A stretch of 27,345 bases of DNA from Octopus sinensis (Eukaryota), in contig NW_021836362.1 in NCBI RefSeq assembly GCF_006345805.1, positions 1-27,345 of the forward strand, written 5' to 3'. The stretch's first letter is position 1, and each line of letters opens with the position of its first letter. Below the pieces are notes generated by a model. That model did no database searches and had not been told where the DNA came from. It saw only the letters and a list, made by a program, of their open reading frames with translations. Below are positions 1-10,139 of this stretch, in pieces. Position numbers and translations under genes: made by a program.

Positions 1-1
1 A

Positions 2-337
2 GCGCTAGAAGAAAAGCGACCATCTTTGGCCGAGCATAAAGATAATGCTCAACCACATACAGAGAGGATGACATTCCAAAGGCTGAAGCAGTTTGAATGG
101 GAAACGATGCCCCACCCACCATATTCGCCGGACATTGCCCCATCTGATTATCATTTATTCCTCAGTCTTCAAAATCATTTGGACGGAAAAAAAATGAATT
201 CTGTAGACGAGGTTAGAATAGTACTACAGGAGTATTTTTCGTCATGGACAATTGGATTTTGGAAAAAGGGACTTGCAAGTCTGCCAGATAGATGGAAAAT
301 CATTGTAGAAAATGAAGGAGAGTATATTTTAGATTAA
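2..337 (+). pseudogene. Mariner (Tc1/mariner, D34D) transposase, C-terminal catalytic-domain remnant
   Basis: The frame is open from nt 2: ALEEKRPSLAEHKDNAQPH...WETMPHPPYSPDIAPSDYHLFLSLQNHL...GLASLPDRWKIIVENEGEYILD*. It has the mariner motifs HxDNA and YSPDxAPSDYHLF, with 34 residues between the second and third catalytic D. The stretch normally found between KRP and HxDNA looks several codons short, suggesting an in-frame deletion. The N-terminus lies outside the window. Confidence 0.93.
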
Positions 338-408
338 AAAGGAACTTTGTTTATCTTAACTTTGAAAAATAAAAGCATAAAAAAAACCCCGCATTATTTA
401 TGAGACAA
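338..408 (+). mobile_element. Mariner 3' UTR and probable truncated right TIR
   Basis: It follows the transposase stop. cgcattatttatgagacaa (390-408) resembles a mariner right TIR but lacks the terminal bases and TA. Confidence 0.5.
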
Positions 409-420
409 GGACGCCATGAT

Positions 421-610
421 AGATCGTTAGCTCCTACACGCATTTTTTTCTCTCCTTGTTTTTTTTTCTGTGTATCTTTCTGTCGAAGAGCGTAGGCTCG
501 AAACGTAAAAGACTTGTTCTATTTCTATTCCTGAGCGCTATACTAATACATTTGTTTGTTTGTACTCCACCTGCCTTCGTCTTTTGTTTATTTTCGTAAA
601 CTTTCCCGTT
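421..610 (+). mobile_element. Probable Penelope-like element terminal/pLTR fragment carrying a hammerhead-like motif
   Basis: A T-rich segment ending in (TA)n that contains a foldable minimal hammerhead-like motif at 475-512. Minimal hammerheads are a known hallmark of Penelope-like elements. No RT or GIY-YIG sequence is visible. Confidence 0.45.
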
Positions 611-640
611 ATATATATACATATCTTTCATCCTTTATTT

Positions 641-725
641 TTTATTTGTTTCAGTCATAAGACCGTGGCCATGCTGGGGCACTGCTTCGAGGAATTGCTA
701 GTGGAATGGATCGACTTTAATAGTA
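641..725 (-). mobile_element. SINE family B, diverged 3' tail fragment
   Basis: ttgtttcagtcataagaccgtggccatgctggggcactgc is a diverged match to the tail ttgtttcagtcatttgactgcggccatgctggagcaccgc at 8710-8750 and 1414-1452. Confidence 0.7.
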
Positions 726-1028
726 TAGTGAAATTTGCGAATTATGGCGTCATAACGAGAGACCACAAAAGTTGGTCGGAGTTGCAACAGAATATAATGA
801 CCGCATGTATGTATGTATGTATGTATGTATGTATGTATCAATTTTTGCCAGTATTGGTGTCAACAAACAAAATTAAATTAAAACTCAACGGTATTCAGTA
901 CTTCTCATTATGTATTACCAGCTGGGTGTGTGCATGCTTGTGTGTGTGTATGTGTGCATATACATGCATACTGCCTATTTGAATGCTCATATAATGTTTA
1001 TATTATGCTTGTATATGATTTTATGTAT

Positions 1029-1040
<12 letters not shown>

Positions 1041-1113
<73 letters not shown>

Positions 1114-1348
1114 CGGAGTAAACACATAAATGTGAAACAAGGTGGAAAAAAGAGTACTCAAATACCAGGGGTAGAGTAATATGCTTTATTTAAAAGCAGC
1201 AGCAAATTCAACAAAACCTGTTACTCTGAGTTTCACGTTGCCGTTCGTCGGACAGTTTTTGCTAGAATCTAGTAAAAACTGTCCGACGAACGGCAACGTG
1301 AAACTCAGAGTAACAGGTTTTGCGCTGAATTTTCTGCTGCTTTTAAAT

Positions 1349-1403
<55 letters not shown>
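1041..1403. repeat. (TA)n microsatellites (1041-1112 and 1352-1403)
   Basis: Direct reading; these explain the YIYI ORFs. Confidence 0.95.
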
Positions 1404-1404
<1 letters not shown>

Positions 1405-1457
1405 TTTTTGTACTTGTTTCAGTCATTTGACTGCGGCCATGCTGGAGCACCGCCTTT
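1405..1457 (-). mobile_element. SINE family B 3' tail
   Basis: tacttgtttcagtcatttgactgcggccatgctggagcaccgccttta is identical to the family B tail at ~8707-8754. Confidence 0.9.
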
Positions 1458-1460
1458 AGA

Positions 1461-1626
1461 GTGGTGAAAGAGTACAGCAGGGATCACCACCACCCCCTGC
1501 CGGAGCCTCGTGGAGCTTTTTAGGTGTTTTCGCTCAATAAACACACACAACGCCCGGTCTGGGAATCGAAACCGCGATCCTCCGACCGCAAGTCCGCTGC
1601 CCTAACCACTGGGCCATTGCGCCTCC
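1461..1626 (-). mobile_element. SINE family A, tRNA-derived head plus partial body
   Basis: The reverse complement closely matches 5945-6108. Pol III A box TGGCCCAGTGG and B box GGTTTCGATTCCC are present. Confidence 0.92.
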
Positions 1627-1634
1627 ATTGCGCC

Positions 1635-1867
<233 letters not shown>

Positions 1868-2609
1868 GTAGGCATGTATATGTGTATGTATATTTGAAAA
1901 GGAAAAGGGGATTGAGAGAAAGTAATCTATACGCAAGCATTTATTAAGGAACTGTTGATCAAAGAAATCATTAAATTAAAAGTACACCCTCTCTCACCTC
2001 CGTTGACCACCATTCATGTGTATATGTGTGTGAGTTTTTATACATGTGTGCGTGTTTGTATGTGTATGCCTATATATGTGTATATGTGTGTGTGTGTGCG
2101 TGAGTGTTTATGTGTGCGTTTGTGAGTGTGTATGTGCGTAATTGAATTAATTGGGGACAATTTTGTCCTGTCACCGGTTGAGTTATTATTTTGATGATTA
2201 AATATGAATCGGAGTGAAGAAAACGGGATAAGGGATTCAGGAATCGGGTGGAGAATGGGGGTGTTAGTGATAATATATGAGGATCGGAAAGGAAAGGAAA
2301 GGAAAGGAAAAAGACGTAAGGGTGTAAGTAGGAGAATATTTGCTGAAAAAATATAAAGAAAGGGTCGTTCTGGAACTGAGGTTAAATTGGCGTATCATAA
2401 TTTGAAAACAAGTATTAAAAGGAAAATATAAACGGATGGAAAACGGGTGAGAGATTCTTTGAAGGGCGAAGAAAGAAAGACAAAAGACAAACAACAAAAG
2501 GAAGAAAGAAAGAAATGAATAAAGAGAAATGGAAGAGAAATGGAGGAGAATGTTGACAAAGAGAGGAGTCTGTTTTTGTTAATGATTTAATTGAACCGTT
2601 TGACAGTAA

Positions 2610-2854
2610 TACACACACACACACACATACACACATACACAGTGTCATACACATACACATACACACATACACAGTGTCATACACATACATAGACATACAC
2701 GCACATGCATACTTATATATACACACCTACATACAAAGGCGAATTTATATGTAAATACAAAGACGGATATATATAAGTACATACATATATACATACACAC
2801 ACATATATACATACATGCAAACATACATACATACGTACATACATACATACGTAC

Positions 2855-2922
<68 letters not shown>

Positions 2923-3045
2923 ATATACATACATACATACAACATACATACATACATACATAATACATACATGCATACATAATACATACATACATACATG
3001 CATACATACATACATATATACATACACACATACATACATGCAAAC

Positions 3046-3076
<31 letters not shown>

Positions 3077-3170
3077 ATATATATACATACATACATACAT
3101 ACATATATACATACACACACACATACATACATACATACATACATACATACATACATACATACATACATAC
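2610..3170. repeat. Compound (CA)n/(CATA)n/(TA)n microsatellite
   Basis: Direct reading; source of the MYVC and HTYI ORFs. Confidence 0.95.
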
Positions 3171-3459
3171 ATGTTGGCGCCATTAGTATCAGACGTGCAG
3201 GCGTAGAGGACCTTTTAAAAACGCTTTTTTGTAATGTTTCCTTCAACAATTATGCTGACTCACCCAACTTAAATAAGTAACTGGTTTATTTCTTCAGTTA
3301 TAAATATGAGGGACACCTTTTACTTATCAACATCGCGTTATTCAGATCAGATTACAAAATATATTACATCGCATGGAATTTCCGTTTACTATCATGGCTG
3401 ATACTGTGAACAACAACACTAATACCTATATCAATGCAAGCAGCACTACAACACCTATA

Positions 3460-3660
3460 AGTTATTTGAAACGACCGAATTACGCTTCTGACTTTACTTG
3501 GTCTTTACGTTTAAATGAAGATCTACTTCAGTGCTGCGAAAAAAGCCCGAGATGACCCTCCTGTCAGTTATATGAAGCGGCTGAAAGGAAACTGGGACGA
3601 AGCTCACTGAGATTGAAATTAATTTACGGCAAAATAACATCGACAACAGGCATCTTTCTT
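3460..3660 (+). mobile_element. Possible decayed non-LTR retrotransposon ORF, N-terminal region
   Basis: With one frameshift in the A-run at ~3539-3544 it reads YLKRPNYASDFTWSLRLNEDLLQCCEK/ARDDPPVSYMKRLKGNWDEAH*, then RQQASF at 3641-3658. The W..LN.DL..C..KA....YMKR.K..WDE.H pattern resembles N-termini of restriction-like-endonuclease LINE proteins as I recall them; this is unverified. Confidence 0.35.
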
Positions 3661-4819
3661 TGGAGAGATAAAAAGTGACATTACAATTAGCAATCATTAT
3701 TCCACAACCATCGGAACGCGAAGCGCTCCTCGCCAACGCTGGTCCGTGAGATGGTCGAGACCTGTAAACAGTTTTGAGTAAGAAAGAGAAGTATGAACAC
3801 ACAATGCGCATGTGCACACTGGATTCATAAAACGGAGAAGAATAAAAACGCTATGCGTATGTCACATCTCGCTTTAATCTTGTTGTTTTAATTAATTATG
3901 TAGATAATATCATGTTTCTATATCCACCACAGTAATTTTTCTCCGCATTAGGAATATCAGAAAAACGAAAGAATTGTTTATATTGATAAAGGAAATCTCC
4001 GTTTCTACGCTACTACACTGCCATCTACAGGAACTGTCAAAGTGACGTCAGAAAATAATCTGAAAATTAAAGGTTTCACAGCAAGATAACAATACGATTC
4101 TTATATTCAGAGACAAGGCTATTTTAAGATTTTTTCTCTGAAAAAATCCTTTCACTTAGCTTCGCTGCACTTTTCTTGTTACAACTATTGTGATGCTTAT
4201 CGATCTTCTCAGGACACTGAGAACCGGCCAAAATCTGCCATAAGATAGATCGAAAATAAAGTAAACAAACCACTGATGTCATCACCAAAGTTCTCGCAAA
4301 TCTTCACGTTCAAATAATTCGACAGAGATGACTGTGAAATATACTCAACTTAAGAAACCAACTTAAAAAATAAAAAAGACCCTTTCCCAGTTCTTCTAAG
4401 CTGTTGTATGACAGGCCGCTAGGCCATTCTTAACGAGATTAAAGATAAAAAAAAAAAAGAAGCAAACTGCTCTTATGTTAAAAGTTTTGATAATGTTGCT
4501 GGAGAGTACATGGAATCATATGATGTTAATTACAGGGCAATTAATACCTTCATATACAAAGTTGAGACAAGTGCGGACAGCCTTCGAATGTTATATCGTA
4601 TCTCTCAGACAGCACCTGTTTTTATATATTAAAACCTAGAGCAGTAAAGCGAAGAGAACATTATTACGTGTCCAGGAGTGCGATGCCCAGAAAGTACTCG
4701 CTTCTTGATGTCTTCCCATACAACTTCAAAACAGCTGGACTAACATACCTCAAGGAAAACCTGGATGTGAAACATTCAACTTGCAAAAAAATAAAAAGTA
4801 AAATAAAAAAAACGACTAG

Positions 4820-5258
4820 GTGCAACTGTGTGGTAAGAAAGTTGTTTCCTTACCACATGGTTCTGGGTTCCGTCCCATAGCATGGCACTTTGGTAAAATG
4901 TTTTTTTTTTGTCGCGAGCCGACCAAAGACTTGTGCGTGGATTTAGTTGACAGAAACTGGAAGAAGCCCTTCGTGTTTAAATATGTGTTTACGTGTGTAT
5001 GTATGTGTGTGTGAGTGTGTGCGTATGTGTGTATCTGTGTCTGTGTCTGTGTTAGTCCCCCCCCATCGCCGCTTGACAACCGGTGTTGGTGTGTTTGCGT
5101 TCCCGTAACTTGACGGTTCAGCAAAAGCGAACGATAGAATAAGGCTTAGCAAAAAAAAAAAAAATTAAGTACTGGGTTCTAGTCATATGTCTAAAAATTC
5201 TTCAGCATGACCGCAGCCTAATGACTGATCAAGTAAAATAAAAAAAATAAAAAGATAA
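4820..5258 (+). mobile_element. SINE family B, older diverged full-length copy
   Basis: Same order of blocks as 9537-9940: tgtgtggtaag head, gccgaccaaagacttgtg, gaaactggaagaagccc, (TG)n, cttgacaaccggtgttggtgtgttt, cagcatgaccgcagc...atgactga tail. Confidence 0.85.
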
Positions 5259-5550
5259 ATGCATAAGTATTTTTCTCGAAGACAACTAATACCGCCATGA
5301 AGTGCAACATTCTTGATTTACGTCTGTTATATTCCATCGTAGTCGAAGGAATCCAAAAGCAGGAGATCACTACAAAATATCTGGTAAACAAAAGAGGCAG
5401 TGAAATCCTTGGGACCCAAGATATCACGTGAATGGCGATTATGCCACATTTCCGTTATCAGCTGCTGCCAAAAAAATGTCATCAAGGTACTATTAGTGCA
5501 TAAAGCAATTACAATGCCATCCAAAAAGAAAAAGAAATGTGATTAATATG

Positions 5551-5671
5551 TATTTCTTTACTGCCCACAAGGGGCTAAACATAGAGGAGACAAACAAGGA
5601 CAGGCAAATGGATTAAGTCGATTATATCGACTCCAGTGGGAAACTGGTACTTAATTTATCGACCCCGTATT
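5551..5671 (-). mobile_element. SINE family C, 5'-truncated, with 14-bp TSD
   Basis: Matches the 3' half of 18081-18316 in reverse. It is flanked by atgtgattaatatg at 5537-5550 and 5672-5685. Confidence 0.9.
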
Positions 5672-5944
5672 ATGTGATTAATATGGAGAATTTCTCTGTT
5701 ATTGAATACATTCATAAACATCAGCACAAAGAATATTGATGGAACATTTTTATCAAAACTTTTACCGAATGCAAAAATAACAGTTGTTTGGGACAGATGA
5801 GAAAAGGTACGCGCCATCAAAGAGGTCAGCTGCGTTGCCGATGTGAGTATCACCTCGAAAATCAAAGTTCAGAGGATAAACTACGGACAACTGTTTGTAG
5901 ATTATAAATTCACATTTATACCAATCATACTTTTTATTATAAGT

Positions 5945-6331
5945 GGAGGCGCAATGGCCCAGTGGTTAGGGCAGCGGACTCGCGGTCGTAGGATCGCGGT
6001 TTCGATTCCCAGACCGGGCGTTGTGAGTGTTTATTGAGCGAAAACACCTAAAAGCTCCACGAGGCTCCGGCAGGGGATGGTGGTGATCCCTGCTGTACTC
6101 TTTCACCACAACTTTCTCTCACTCTTACTTCCTGTTTCTGTTGTACCTGTATTTCAAAGGGCCGGCCTTGTCACTCTCTGTGTCACGCTGAATATCTCCG
6201 AGAACTACGTTAAGGGTACACGTGTCTGTGGAGTGCTCAGCCACTTACACGTTAATTTCACTAGCAGGCTGTTCCGTTGATTCGGATCAACCGGAACCCT
6301 CGCCGTCGTAACCGACGGAGTGCTTCCATCC
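5945..6331 (+). mobile_element. SINE family A, full length, with TSD
   Basis: tRNA-like head (A box TGGCCCAGTGG, B box GGTTTCGATTCCC), unique body and a short tcca tail. It is flanked by actttttattata(a/g)gt at 5929-5944 and 6332-6347 (16 bp, 1 mismatch). Confidence 0.95.
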
Positions 6332-6332
6332 A

Positions 6333-6530
6333 CTTTTTATTATAGGTACAATACCTGAAATTTTTGTGGGAGAGGTATAGTCAATTACATCGACATTGGT
6401 ACTAAACTGGTACTTATTTTATCGATCTAGAAAGGATGAAAAATAAATTCAGCTTCGGCGAAATTTGAACTCAGATCATAAAGGCGAACGAAATGCCGCT
6501 AAGCATTTTGCCGAACGTACTAACGATTCA
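6333..6530 (-). mobile_element. SINE family D (C-related head, different tail), old copy
   Basis: Contains actggtacttattttatcga, aaggatgaaa, atttgaactcaga and gaaatgccgctaagcattttgcc, shared with 26808-27030. Confidence 0.8.
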
Positions 6531-6767
6531 TATTTCTTTATTGTCCACAAGGGCTAAACATAGATAGGACAAACAAGGACAGACAAAGGGATTAAGTCGA
6601 TTACATCGACCCCAGGGCGTAACTGGTACTTAATTTATCGACCCCGGAAGGATGAAAGGCAAAGTCGACCTCGACGGAATTTGAACTCAGAACGTAACGT
6701 AACGTCAGACGAAATACGGCTACGCATTTCGCCCGGCGTGCTAACGTTTCTGCCAGCTCGCCACCTT
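6531..6767 (-). mobile_element. SINE family C, full length
   Basis: Near reverse complement of 18081-18316. It has an approximate TSD: acgattcata (6523-6532) and acgcattcata (6769-6779). Confidence 0.92.
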
Positions 6768-7084
6768 TACGCATTCATACCAATAATAATGGTTGTGGTT
6801 GGTTTTGTGTGTGAATGCCTGAATAACAATCAAGAAAAGCTCGGATTTTCAGGAAAAAAAAATCATTCAGCTAAAAAACATATTAAACACATTTACAAGC
6901 ACAATCTGTAAGCGGAACGCGCACGCACACACACGTGCATACACACGCATACACGCACAAACGCGTGCGCACTGCATACTCATTTTCTCCAGGCATGCGT
7001 ATAGATGTGCAAATGTCTGGTCAACCTTGATCGACGGACGCCCTATAAAGCAGCAGCGGCGGCAGTAGCAACAGCAGCGGCAGT

Positions 7085-7275
7085 GGAGGCGCAATAGCCT
7101 AGTGGTTAGGGCAGCAGACTCACGGTCGTAAGAACGCGGTTTCGATTCCCAGACCGTGCATTGTTAGTGTTTATTGAGCAAAAACACCTAAGCTCCACGA
7201 GGCTCTGGCGGGGTGGGGTTAACCCCGCTGTACTCTTTCACCACAACTTTCTCTCACTCTTTCTTCCTACTTCTG
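7085..7275 (+). mobile_element. SINE family A, 3'-truncated
   Basis: Aligns to ~5945-6135 with scattered substitutions; A and B boxes are recognisable. Confidence 0.9.
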
Positions 7276-7565
7276 CCACAAAGCAGAGGAGCCATGGTGT
7301 AACCCACTATGGTGTGGTAAACTTTCAGACCCTAGTTTTGATTGCGAATCCTCTGTACCTCAGGATGGTTCAGCTCTCCACCCATTAAAAGCCACCGTTT
7401 ACGGAATGAGGATAACAACGTAGCTTTCGCTCCCGTGCAACAACCGCCAGTCTATCGCGTGAGGTGGGTGGCTCTTCAAGTTACCGCACACTTTCTTAGT
7501 AGCTTAGAGTAGGCTCGAATTAGAGATTGTTCTTTGTGGCTAATGGCGTGAGTCCTGACTGGAAA

Positions 7566-7720
7566 AAGAAGAAGAAGAAGAAGAAGAAGAAGAAGAAGAA
7601 GAAGAAGAAGAAGAAGAAGAAGAAGATGAAGAAGACGAAGAAGAAGAAGAAGAAGAAGAAGACGAAGAAGAAGAAGAAGAAGAAGAAGAAGAAGAAGACG
7701 AAGAAGAAGAAGAAGAAGAA
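7566..7720. repeat. (GAA)n microsatellite with GAC/GAT interruptions
   Basis: Direct reading; source of the poly-K and poly-F ORFs. Confidence 0.97.
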
Positions 7721-8011
7721 GGAGAGTAGCGGCAGCAACACTAGTAGTAGTAATTTGTGAGACAACATTGCATTGCAGACCTACTCTTCACTTACGGTCT
7801 CCGACTAAAATTTCGCATGGTGGTACATGGCCTCTTTTGGGGCTATTGGGAACTAGCACAAAATTCAAGGGTCAATGCTGCAACGTTTTTTCTATTTAGC
7901 GTGAGGGCTCATCAGATATTCACGAACCCTTTCCCATCCCTGATAGCCCCAGTCGGACCGGGTAACCGACCGAATCTTTCCATCGCTCTTATAGCTCCCA
8001 TCGTGTAACTA

Positions 8012-8077
8012 TCACCACCACCACCACCACCACCACCACCACCACTACTACTACTACTACTGCTGCTGCTGTTGCTG

Positions 8078-8108
<31 letters not shown>

Positions 8109-8197
8109 AACAACAGCTGCTGCTGCTGCTACTACTACTACTACTACTACTACTACTATTACTACTACTATTACTACTACTACTGCTGCTGCTGCTG

Positions 8198-8228
<31 letters not shown>

Positions 8229-8292
8229 AACTACTGCTGCTGCTGCTGCTACTACTACTACTACTACTACAACTGCTGCTGCTGCTACCACC

Positions 8293-8345
<53 letters not shown>

Positions 8346-8398
8346 AACTGCTGCTGCTACCACCACCATTACTACTACTACTACTACTACTACTACTA
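8012..8398. repeat. Compound (CCA)n/(CTA)n/(CTG)n trinucleotide repeat
   Basis: Direct reading; source of the poly-L and poly-V ORFs. Confidence 0.97.
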
Positions 8399-8693
8399 TG
8401 TAATGTATGTAATGTGTTGTGTCAGGCTAACCTTAATAGGTCAATCCTATGATCAAGGTAATCTGTCTCTGGTGGCCACCCTGTCTTTTTCCTACATACA
8501 GATGGTAATCCGGAGCACTGCATTTTCCAACTTATCAACGTATATCCTTTTCCAGGACACTTGTGTTGCACACGTGTGTGTGAGTGTATGTGATTCAAAG
8601 AGAGATTCAATAGAGGCCAAGCGACCACATACAAAGCTGGTCTCCCTTGTTGATTCGAACGCTCACCGTGGTAGATCGGCGTCCATTCACTGA

Positions 8694-9088
8694 ACTCTTT
8701 ACTCTTTACTTGTTTCAGTCATTTGACTGCGGCCATGCTGGAGCACCGCCTTTAGTCGAGCAAATCGACCCCGGGACTTATTCTTTGTAAGCCCAGTACT
8801 TATTCTATCGGTCTCTTTGGCCGAACCGCTAAGTGACGGGGACGTAACACACCAGCATCGGTTATCAAGCAATGCTAGGGGGACAAACCACAGACACACA
8901 AACACACACACATATATAATATATATAATATATACGACAGGCTTCTTTCATTTTCGTCTACCAAATCCACTCACGGCATTGGTCGGCCCGGGGCTATAGC
9001 AGAAGACACTTGCCCAAGATGCCACGCAGTGGGACTGAACCCGCAACCATGTGGTTGGTTAGCAAGCTACTTACCACACAGCCACTCC
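8694..9088 (-). mobile_element. SINE family B, full length
   Basis: The minus strand reads ggagtggctgtgtggtaag...gggttcagtccc (tRNA-like head), gcatcttgggcaagtgtcttc (CORE/MIR-like motif), an internal (TA)/(TG) repeat, and a (gagtaaa)n tail. Confidence 0.92.
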
Positions 9089-9144
9089 CGAACGATTTAA
9101 ATTTGCCAACAAACGTGTGACCCTATGTCAAAGTTAGAAAAACC

Positions 9145-9250
9145 ATGATGATGATGATGACTGCGATGATAATGATGATGATGGTCATCATCATGATCAT
9201 CGACATCATCATCATGATCACCATCATCATCATCGTCATCGTCATCACCA
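9145..9250. repeat. (ATG)n followed by (CAT)n degenerate repeat
   Basis: Direct reading. Confidence 0.9.
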
Positions 9251-9489
9251 CTGATGTTTGTGCACTATTTTTTGTTTCGCCTCTTTACGTTGTTTTATAT
9301 ATTTATCTAATCATTTCCCCCACCCTCTCTCTCTTCTCTCCCCCTTTCTTCAGTGTCAGTTGAAATATTTTTTTCCCCTTTACCCCCGGACGGAAGTTCT
9401 ATTGTTTTTCTAATGTACTGTAAACATCACATCACGGGTGCTTGGCTACATGCCAGATTACATTTTAGAAGTCAGCCCACACACAAATA

Positions 9490-9660
9490 CGCTTCCCACC
9501 ACATACACAAAATAAATAAATAAATAAATAAATAAAATGGTTCCGAGTTCAGTCCCACTGCGTGGCACCTTGGGCAAGTGTCTTCTACTATAGCCTCGGG
9601 CCGACCAAAGTCTTGTGAGTGGATTTGGTAGACGGAAACTGAAAGAAGCCCGTCGTATAT

Positions 9661-9711
<51 letters not shown>

Positions 9712-9940
9712 TATAATTATATGTGCATGTGTGCTTGTGTGTCTGTGTTTGTCCCCCTAGCATTGCTTGACAACCGATGCTGGTGTGTTTATGTCCCCGT
9801 CACTTAGCGGTTCGGCAAAAGAGACCGATAGAATAAGTACTGGGCTTACAAAGAGTCGAGTTGCTCGATTAAAGGCGGTGCTCCAGCATGGCCGCAGTCA
9901 AATGACTGAAACAAGTAAAAGAGTAAAAGAGTAAAGAGTA
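9490..9940 (+). mobile_element. SINE family B with an (AAAT)n-interrupted head
   Basis: From 9537 it closely matches the reverse complement of 8694-9055, with a ~13-nt deletion near 9853. The head is broken by an (AAAT)n run at ~9510-9537. Confidence 0.92.
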
Positions 9941-10139
9941 ATGAAAATAAAAAATACAAAAGCAACAAAAACAAGGGAACTAACTTCTACATGGTCACTT
10001 GGTCAGTTTGAAATGGTGTTGATGGCGGTAGTAGATATTTCGATCGAACGAAGGAAACAGTTTATATTGCTTTTTCTTTCAAACTGGTCGATACTGTCTG
10101 TCTTAATTTTCGAAGGAGAAGTGCCACCGTTTTTCTGAT

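Noticed and set aside
5760-5776. 17-bp identity ttttaccgaatgcaaaa with 12782-12798
   Set aside because: The flanks do not align and the match is AT-rich, so chance cannot be excluded.
5945-6020. tRNA-like cloverleaf with A and B boxes (also at 1550-1626, 7085, 18977)
   Set aside because: The acceptor and anticodon stems are imperfect and each runs into a shared SINE body, so these are SINE heads, not tRNA genes.
7506-7520. gagtaggctcgaa, resembling part of the hammerhead-like motif at 488-502
   Set aside because: No CUGANGA-like core, stem II or GAAA context.
7520-8452. Poly-K, poly-F, poly-L and poly-V ORFs
   Set aside because: Pure trinucleotide microsatellites.
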